Source: Nemertoderma westbladi
Taxonomy: Eukaryota > Animalia > Xenacoelomorpha
NCBI GenBank assembly: GCA_032718475.1
Contig: JAUCBJ010007822.1
Span: forward strand, 1 to 64,000
DNA length: 64,000 nucleotides
Direction: 5' to 3'
The translations under genes and the position numbers were made by a program. Each line of letters opens with the position of its first letter. The first letter of the stretch is position 1. Below are positions 40,401 to 49,566 of the stretch, piece by piece. The notes under the pieces were generated by a model. It made no database searches. It was not told where the DNA came from and worked only from the letters and a program-made list of their open reading frames with translations.

Positions 40401-43400
40401 GGTTGGGAGTGTCAGTTAGTTGTGAGTGAAGCCTCATAGATTGCGGTAGGAACGGAACAGGTTGGGAGTGTCAGTTAGTTGTGAGTGAAGCCTCATAGAT
40501 TGCGGTAGGAACGGAACAGGTTGGGAGTGTCAGTTAGTTGTGAGTGAAGCCTCATAGATTGCGGTAGGAACGGAACAGGTTGGGAGTGTCAGTTAGTTGT
40601 GAGTGAAGCCTCATAGATTGCGGTAGGAACGGAACAGGTTGGGAGTGTCAGTTAGTTGTGAGTGAAGCCTCATAGATTGCGGTAGGAACGGAACAGGTTG
40701 GGAGTGTCAGTTAGTTGTGAGTGAAGCCTTATAGATTGCGGTAGGAACGGAACAGGTTGGGAGTGTCAGTTAGTTGTGAGTGAAGCCTCATAGATTGGGT
40801 AGGAACGGAACAGGTTGGGAGTGTCAGTTAGTTGTGAGTGAAGCCTCATAGATTGGGGTAGGAACGGAACAGGTTGGGAGTGTCAGTTAGTTGTGAGTGA
40901 AGCCTCATAGATTGCGGTAGGAACAGGTTGGGAGTGTCAGTTAGTTGTGAGTGAAGCCTCATAGATTGCGGTAGGAACGGAGCAGGTTGGGAGTGTCAGT
41001 TAGTTGTGAGTGAAGCCTCATAGATTGCGGTAGGAACGGAACAGGTTGGGAGTGTCAGTTAGTTGTGAGTGAAGCCTCATAGATTGCGGTAGGAACGGAA
41101 CTGGTTGGGAGTGTCAGTTAGTTGTGAGTGAAGCCTCATAGATTGGGGTAGGAACAGGTTGGGAGTGTCAGTTAGTTGTGAGTGAAGCCTCATAGATTGC
41201 GGTAGGAACGGAACAGGTTGGGAGTGTCAGTTAGTTGTGAGTGAAGCCTCATAGATTGCGGTAGGAACAGGTTGGGAGTGTCAGTTAGTTGTGAGTGAAG
41301 CCTCATAGATTGGGGTAGGAACGGAGCAGGTTGGGAGTGTCAGTTAGTTGTGAGTGAAGCCTCATAGATTGCGGTAGGAACGGAACAGGTTGGGAGTGTC
41401 AGTTAGTTGTGAGTGAAGCCTCATAGATTGCGGTAGGAACGGAACTGGTTGGGAGTGTCAGTTAGTTGTGAGTGAAGCCTCATAGATTGGGGTAGGAACA
41501 GGTTGGGAGTGTCAGTTAGTTGTGAGTGAAGTCTCATAGATTGGGGTAGGAACAGGTTGGGAGTGTCAGTTAGTTGTGAGTGAAGCCTCATAGATTGCGG
41601 TAGGAACGGAACAGGTTGGGAGTGTCAGTTAGTTGTGAGTGAAGCCTCATAGATTGCGGTAGGAACAGGTTGGGAGTGTCAGTTAGTTGTGAGTGAAGCC
41701 TCATAGATTGCGGTAGGAACGGAGCAGGTTGGGAGTGTCAGTTAGTTGTGAGTGAAGCCTCATAGATTGCGGTAGGAACGGAACAGGTTGGGAGTGTCAG
41801 TTAGTTGTGAGTGAAGCCTCATAGATTGCGGTAGGAACGGAACTGGTTGGGAGTGTCAGTTAGTTGTGAGTGAAGCCTCATAGATTGGGGTAGGAACGGA
41901 ACAGGTTGGGAGTGTCAGTTAGTTGTGAGTGAAGCCTCATAGATTGCGGTAGGAACGGAACAGGTTGGGAGTGTCAGTTAGTTGTGAGTGAAGCCTCATA
42001 GATTGGGGTAGGAACAGGTTGGGAGTGTCAGTTAGTTGTGAGTGAAGTCTCATAGATTGCGGTAGGAACGGAGCAGGTTGGGAGTGTCAGTTAGTTGTGA
42101 GTGAAGCCTCATAGATTGCGGTAGGAACGGAACAGGTTGGGAGTGTCAGTTAGTTGTGAGTGAAGCCTCATAGATTGCGGTAGGAACGGAACTGGTTGGG
42201 AGTGTCAGTTAGTTGTGAGTGAAGCCTCATAGATTGGGGTAGGAACAGGTTGGGAGTGTCAGTTAGTTGTGAGTGAAGTCTCATAGATTGGGGTAGGAAC
42301 AGGTTGGGAGTGTCAGTTAGTTGTGAGTGAAGCCTCATAGATTGCGGTAGGAACGGAACAGGTTGGGAGTGTCAGTTAGTTGTGAGTGAAGCCTCATAGA
42401 TTGCGGTAGGAACGGAACAGGTTGGGAGTGTCAGTTAGTTGTGAGTGAAGCCTCATAGATTGCGGTAGGAACGGAACAGGTTGGGAGTGTCAGTTAGTTG
42501 TGAGTGAAGCCTCATAGATTGGGGTAGGAACAGGTTGGGAGTGTCAGTTAGTTGTGAGTGAAGCCTCATAGATTGGGGTAGGAACGGAACAGGTTGGGAG
42601 TGTCAGTTAGTTGTGAGTGAAGTCTCATAGATTGCGGTAGGAACGGAACAGGTTGGGAGTGTCAGTTAGTTGTGAGTGAAGCCTTATAGATTGCGGTAGG
42701 AACGGAACAGGTTGGGAGTGTCAGTTAGTTGTGAGTGAAGCCTCATAGATTGCGGTAGGAACGGAACAGGTTGGGAGTGTCAGTTAGTTGTGAGTGAAGC
42801 CTCATAGATTGCGGTAGGAACGGAACAGGTTGGGAGTGTCAGTTAGTTGTGAGTGAAGCCTCATAGATTGCGGTAGGAACGGAACAGGTTGGGAGTGTCA
42901 GTTAGTTGTGAGTGAAGCCTTATAGATTGCGGTAGGAACGGAACAGGTTGGGAGTGTCAGATAGTTGTGAGTGAAGCCTCGTAGATTGGAGTAGGAACGG
43001 AACAGGTTGGGAGTGTCAGTTAGTTGTGAGTGAAGCCTCATAGATTGGGGTAGGAACGGAACAGGTTGGGAGTGTCAGTTAGTTGTGAGTGAAGCCTCAT
43101 AGATTGGGGTAGGAACGGAACAGGTTGGGAGTGTCAGTTAGTTGTGAGTGAAGCCTCATAGATTGGGGTAGGAACGGAACAGGTTGGGAGTGTCAGTTAG
43201 TTGTGAGTGAAGCCTCATAGATTGGGGTAGGAACGGAACAGGTTGGGAGTGTCAGTTAGTTGTGAGTGAAGCCTCATAGATTGGTGTAGGAACGGAACAG
43301 GTTGGGAGTGTCAGTTAGTTGTGAGTGAAGCCTCATAGATTGGTGTAGGAACGGAACAGGTTGGGAGTGTCAGTTAGTTGTGAGTGAAGCCTCATAGATT

Positions 43401-46400
43401 GGGGTAGGAACGGAACAGGTTGGGAGTGTCAGTTAGTTGTGAGTGAAGCCTCATAGATTGGTGTAGGAACGGAACAGGTTGGGAGTGTCAGTTAGTTGTG
43501 AGTGAAGCCTCATAGATTGGGGTAGGAACGGAACAGGTTGGGAGTGTCAGTTAGTTGTGAGTGAAGCCTCATAGATTGGGGTAGGAACAGGTTGGGAGTG
43601 TCAGTTAGTTGTGAGTGAAGTCTCATAGATTGCGGTAGGAACGGAACAGGTTGGGAGTGTCAGTTAGTTGTGAGTGAAGCCTCATAGATTGCGGTAGGAA
43701 CGGAACAGGTTGGGAGTGTCAGTTAGTTGTGAGTGAAGCCTCATAGATTGCGGTAGGAACGGAACTGGTTGGTAGTGTCAGTTAGTTGTGAGTGAAGCCT
43801 CATAGATTGGGGTAGGAACAGGTTGGGAGTGTCAGTTAGTTGTGAGTGAAGTCTCATAGATTGGGGTAGGAACAGGTTGGGAGTGTCAGTTAGTTGTGAG
43901 TGAAGCCTCATAGATTGCGGTAGGAACGGAACAGGTTGGGAGTGTCAGTTAGTTGTGAGTGAAGCCTCATAGATTGGGGTAGGAACAGGTTGGGAGTGTC
44001 AGTTAGTTGTGAGTGAAGCCTCATAGATTGCGGTAGGAACGGAACTGGTTGGGAGTGTCAGTTAGTTGTGAGTGAAGCCTCATAGATTGGGGTAGGAACA
44101 GGTTGGGAGTGTCAGTTAGTTGTGAGTGAAGTCTCATAGATTGGGGTAGGAACAGGTTGGGAGTGTCAGTTAGTTGTGAGTGAAGCCTCATAGATTGCGG
44201 TAGGAACGGAACAGGTTGGGAGTGTCAGTTAGTTGTGAGTGAAGCCTCATAGATTGGGGTAGGAACAGGTTGGGAGTGTCAGTTAGTTGTGAGTGAAGCC
44301 TCATAGATTGCGGTAGGAACGGAACTGGTTGGGAGTGTCAGTTAGTTGTGAGTGAAGCCTCATAGATTGGGGTAGGAACAGGTTGGGAGTGTCAGTTAGT
44401 TGTGAGTGAAGTCTCATAGATTGGGGTAGGAACAGGTTGGGAGTGTCAGTTAGTTGTGAGTGAAGCCTCATAGATTGCGGTAGGAACGGAACAGGTTGGG
44501 AGTGTCAGTTAGTTGTGAGTGAAGCCTCATAGATTGGGGTAGGAACAGGTTGGGAGTGTCAGTTAGTTGTGAGTGAAGCCTCATAGATTGCGGTAGGAAC
44601 GGAGCAGGTTGGGAGTGTCAGTTAGTTGTGAGTGAAGCCTCATAGATTGGGGTAGGAACGGAACAGGTTGGGAGTGTCAGTTAGTTGTGAGTGAAGCCTC
44701 ATAGATTGCGGTAGGAACGGAGCAGGTTGGGAGTGTCAGTTAGTTGTGAGTGAAGCCTCATAGATTGGGGTAGGAACAGGTTGGGAGTGTCAGTTAGTTG
44801 TGAGTGAAGCCTCATAGATTGGGGTAGGAACGGAGCAGGTTGGGAGTGTCAGTTAGTTGTGAGTGAAGCCTCATAGATTGGGGTAGGAACGGAGCAGGTT
44901 GGGAGTGTCAGTTAGTTGTGAGTGAAGCCTCATAGATTGGGGTAGGAACAGGTTGGGAGTGTCAGTTAGTTGTGAGTGAAGTCTCATAGATTGGGGTAGG
45001 AACGGAACAGGTTGGGAGTGTCAGTTAGTTGTGAGTGAAGCCTCATAGATTGGGGTAGGAACGGAGCAGGTTGGGAGTGTCAGTTAGTTGTGAGTGAAGC
45101 CTCATAGATTGGGGTAGGAACAGGTTGGGAGTGTCAGTTAGTTGTGAGTGAAGCCTCATAGATTGCGGTAGGAACGGAACAGGTTGGGAGTGTCAGTTAG
45201 TTGTGAGTGAAGCCTCATAGATTGGGGTAGGAACAGGTTGGGAGTGTCAGTTAGTTGTGAGTGAAGCCTCATAGATTGGGGTAGGAACGGAGCAGGTTGG
45301 GAGTGTCAGTTAGTTGTGAGTGAAGCCTCATAGATTGGGGTAGGAACGGAGCAGGTTGGGAGTGTCAGTTAGTTGTGAGTGAAGCCTCATAGATTGGGGT
45401 AGGAACGGAGCAGGTTGGGAGTGTCAGTTAGTTGTGAGTGAAGCCTCATAGATTGGGGTAGGAACAGGTTGGGAGTGTCAGTTAGTTGTGAGTGAAGCCT
45501 CATAGATTGCGGTAGGAACGGACAGGTTGGGAGTGTCAGTTAGTTGTGAGTGAAGCCTCATAGATTGGGGTAGGAACAGGTTGGGAGTGTCAGTTAGTTG
45601 TGAGTGAAGCCTCATAGATTGGGGTAGGACGGACAGGTTGGGAGTGTCAGTTAGTTGTGAGTGAAGCCTCATAGATTGGGGTAGGAACGGACAGGTTGGG
45701 AGTGTCAGTTAGTTGTGAGTGAAGCCTCATAGATTGGGGTAGGAACAGGTTGGGAGTGTCAGTTAGTTGTGAGTGAAGCCTCATAGATTGGGGTAGGAAC
45801 AGGTTGGGAGTGTCAGTTAGTTGTGAGTGAAGCCTCATAGATTGGGGTAGGAACAGGTTGGGAGTGTCAGTTAGTTGTGAGTGAAGCCTCATAGATTGGG
45901 GTAGGAACGGAACAGGTTGGGAGTGTCAGTTAGTTGTGAGTGAAGCCTCATAGATTGGGGTAGGAACGGAGCAGGTTGGGAGTGTCAGTTAGTTGTGAGT
46001 GAAGCCTCATAGATTGGGGTAGGAACGGAACAGGTTGGGAGTGTCAGTTAGTTGTGAGTGAAGCCTCATAGATTGGGGTAGGAACGGAGCAGGTTGGGAG
46101 TGTCAGTTAGTTGTGAGTGAAGCCTCATAGATTGGGGTAGGAACGGACAGGTTGGGAGTGTCAGTTAGTTGTGAGTGAAGCCTCATAGATTGGGGTAGGA
46201 ACGGACAGGTTGGGAGTGTCAGTTAGTTGTGAGTGAAGCCTCATAGATTGGGGTAGGAACGGAGCAGGTTGGGAGTGTCAGTTAGTTGTGAGTGAAGCCT
46301 CATAGATTGGGGTAGGAACGGACAGGTTGGGAGTGTCAGTTAGTTGTGAGTGAAGCCTCATAGATTGGGGTAGGAACGGAGCAGGTTGGGAGTGTCAGTT

Positions 46401-49266
46401 AGTTGTGAGTGAAGCCTCATAGATTGGGGTAGGAACGGAGCAGGTTGGGAGTGTCAGTTAGTTGTGAGTGAAGCCTCATAGATTGGGGTAGGAACGGACA
46501 GGTTGGGAGTGTCAGTTAGTTGTGAGTGAAGCCTCATAGATTGGGGTAGGAACGGAGCAGGTTGGGAGTGTCAGTTAGTTGTGAGTGAAGCCTCATAGAT
46601 TGGGGTAGGAACGGAACAGGTTGGGAGTGTCAGTTAGTTGTGAGTGAAGCCTCATAGATTGGGGTAGGAACGGAGCAGGTTGGGAGTGTCAGTTAGTTGT
46701 GAGTGAAGCCTCATAGATTGGGGTAGGAACGGAACAGGTTGGGAGTGTCAGTTAGTTGTGAGTGAAGCCTCATAGATTGGGGTAGGAACGGAGCAGGTTG
46801 GGAGTGTCAGTTAGTTGTGAGTGAAGCCTCATAGATTGGGGTAGGACGGACAGGTTGGGAGTGTCAGTTAGTTGTGAGTGAAGCCTCATAGATTGGGGTA
46901 GGAACAGGTTGGGAGTGTCAGTTAGTTGTGAGTGAAGCCTCATAGATTGGGGTAGGAACGGAACAGGTTGGGAGTGTCAGTTAGTTGTGAGTGAAGCCTC
47001 ATAGATTGGGGTAGGAACGGACAGGTTGGGAGTGTCAGTTAGTTGTGAGTGAAGCCTCATAGATTGCGGTAGGAACGGAACAGGTTGGGAGTGTCAGTTA
47101 GTTGTGAGTGAAGCCTCATAGATTGGGGTAGGAACGGAGCAGGTTGGGAGTGTCAGTTAGTTGTGAGTGAAGCCTCATAGATTGGGGTAGGAACGGAGCA
47201 GGTTGGGAGTGTCAGTTAGTTGTGAGTGAAGCCTCATAGATTGGGGTAGGAACGGAGCAGGTTGGGAGTGTCAGTTAGTTGTGAGTGAAGCCTCATAGAT
47301 TGGGGTAGGAACGGACAGGTTGGGAGTGTCAGTTAGTTGTGAGTGAAGCCTCATAGATTGGGGTAGGAACGGAACAGGTTGGGAGTGTCAGTTAGTTGTG
47401 AGTGAAGCCTCATAGATTGGGGTAGGAACGGAGCAGGTTGGGAGTGTCAGTTAGTTGTGAGTGAAGCCTCATAGATTGGGGTAGGAACGGAACAGGTTGG
47501 GAGTGTCAGTTAGTTGTGAGTGAAGCCTCATAGATTGGGGTAGGAACAGGTTGGGAGTGTCAGTTAGTTGTGAGTGAAGCCTCATAGATTGGGGTAGGAA
47601 CAGGTTGGGAGTGTCAGTTAGTTGTGAGTGAAGCCTCATAGATTGGGGTAGGACGACAGGTTGGGAGTGTCAGTTAGTTGTGAGTGAAGCCTCATAGATT
47701 GGGGTAGGAACGGACAGGTTGGGAGTGTCAGTTAGTTGTGAGTGAAGCCTCATAGATTGGGGTAGGACGGACAGGTTGGGAGTGTCAGTTAGTTGTGAGT
47801 GAAGCCTCATAGATTGGGGTAGGAACAGGTTGGGAGTGTCAGTTAGTTGTGAGTGAAGCCTCATAGATTGGGGTAGGAACGGAGCAGGTTGGGAGTGTCA
47901 GTTAGTTGTGAGTGAAGCCTCATAGATTGGGGTAGGAACGGAGCAGGTTGGGAGTGTCAGTTAGTTGTGAGTGAAGCCTCATAGATTGGGGTAGGAACGG
48001 AACAGGTTGGGAGTGTCAGTTAGTTGTGAGTGAAGCCTCATAGATTGGGGTAGGAACGGAGCAGGTTGGGAGTGTCAGTTAGTTGTGAGTGAAGCCTCAT
48101 AGATTGGGGTAGGAACGGAACAGGTTGGGAGTGTCAGTTAGTTGTGAGTGAAGCCTCATAGATTGGGGTAGGAACAGGTTGGGAGTGTCAGTTAGTTGTG
48201 AGTGAAGCCTCATAGATTGGGGTAGGAACGGAGCAGGTTGGGAGTGTCAGTTAGTTGTGAGTGAAGCCTCATAGATTGGGGTAGGAACGGAGCAGGTTGG
48301 GAGTGTCAGTTAGTTGTGAGTGAAGCCTCGTAGATTGGGGTAGGAACGGAACAGGTTGGGAGTGTCAGTTAGTTGTGAGTGAAGCCTCATAGATTGGGGT
48401 AGTAACAGGTTGGGAGTGTCAGTTAGTTGTGAGTGAAGCCTCATAGATTGGGGTAGGAACGGAGCAGGTTGGGAGTGTCAGTTAGTTGTGAGTGAAGCCT
48501 CGTAGATTGGGGTAGGAACGGAACAGGTTGGGAGTGTCAGTTAGTTGTGAGTGAAGCCTCATAGATTGGGGTAGTAACAGGTTGGGAGTGTCAGTTAGTT
48601 GTGAGTGAAGCCTCATAGATTGGGGTAGGAACGGAGCAGGTTGGGAGTGTCAGTTAGTTGTGAGTGAAGCCTCATAGATTGGGGTAGGAACAGGTTGGGA
48701 GTGTCAGTTAGTTGTGAGTGAAGCCTCATAGATTGCGGTAGGAACGGAGCAGGTTGGGAGTGTCAGTTAGTTGTGAGTGAAGCCTCATAGATTGGGGTAG
48801 GAACAGGTTGGGAGTGTCAGTTAGTTGTGAGTGAAGCCTCATAGATTGCGGTAGGAACGGAACAGGTTGGGAGTGTCAGTTAGTTGTGAGTGAAGCCTCA
48901 TAGATTGGGGTAGGAACGGAGCAGGTTGGGAGTGTCAGTTAGTTGTGAGTGAAGTCTCATAGATTGGGGTAGGAACGGAACAGGTTGGGAGTGTCAGTTA
49001 GTTGTGAGTGAAGTCTCATATATTGGGGTAGGAACGGAACTGGTTGGGAGTGTCAGTTAGTTGTGAGTGAAGCCTCATAGATTGGGGTAGGAACGGAGCA
49101 GGTTGGGAGTGTCAGTTAGTTGTGAGTGAAGTCTCATAGATTGGGGTAGGAACGGAACAGGTTGGGAGTGTCAGTTAGTTGTGAGTGAAGTCTCATATAT
49201 TGGGGTAGGAACGGAACTGGTTGGGAGTGTCAGTTAGTTGTGAGTGAAGTCTCATAGATTGGGGTA

Positions 49267-49271
49267 GGAAC
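49267..49271 (+). repeat. Target-site duplication, left copy (GGAAC)
   Basis: ...TAGGAAC|TGACG at the left junction. The left and right flanks together hold three GGAAC copies, whereas ordinary monomers hold one or two. Confidence 0.93.
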
Positions 49272-49400
49272 TGACGTATATGAGTAGGGGGGTTTGGTGA
49301 ACTTAGTATGACGTATATTAATGGTGTTGATATAAGTATGGAAATAGAACAAACCAAGCATTAGGCCTAGGTGTACTGTAAATAGCAGAAGTACTACACA
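49272..49400 (-). repeat. 3' LTR (129 bp)
   Basis: Direct repeat of 54117-54245, preceded on the minus strand by a purine tract. Confidence 0.97.
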
Positions 49401-49412
49401 TACTTCTTTCCT
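49401..49412 (-). other. Polypurine tract
   Basis: Minus strand AGGAAAGAAGTA lies immediately upstream of the 3' LTR start TGTG. Confidence 0.85.
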
Positions 49413-49566
49413 GCATTGTTTTTGGTTGCCTAGCAACGATACACTATGTTGCTGAGTTACAGTGCTAGGATACCAATACAGCTAAACTTGATTGCTTTTA
49501 CAGCACTAGAGCAAGAATATAGTATTTATATTGTAGATATCTGTCTCCCGATTGTGTATTTCACAA

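Larger units (their letters stand above)
1..49271 (+). repeat. Satellite DNA tandem array, left arm: 54/59-bp monomers (rare 60-bp and 58-bp forms), G-rich on the + strand
   Basis: Uninterrupted head-to-tail copies of AGGTTGGGAGTGTCAGTTAGTTGTGAGTGAAGCCTCATAGATTGGGGTAGGAAC(GGAAC), usually with 0-2 substitutions per monomer. The array runs off the left edge of the window. Confidence 0.99.

Noticed and set aside
1-49271. CRISPR array or a repeat/spacer-like code in the 54/59 pattern
   Set aside because: There are no unique spacers and no cas genes. The variable part has only a few alleles whose order is explained by block duplications.
49230-49566. env-like or hydrophobic ORF at the 3' end (49230..49436)
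   Set aside because: Only about 165 bp separate the pol stop from the 3' LTR, and this ORF is a translation of PPT, LTR and satellite.
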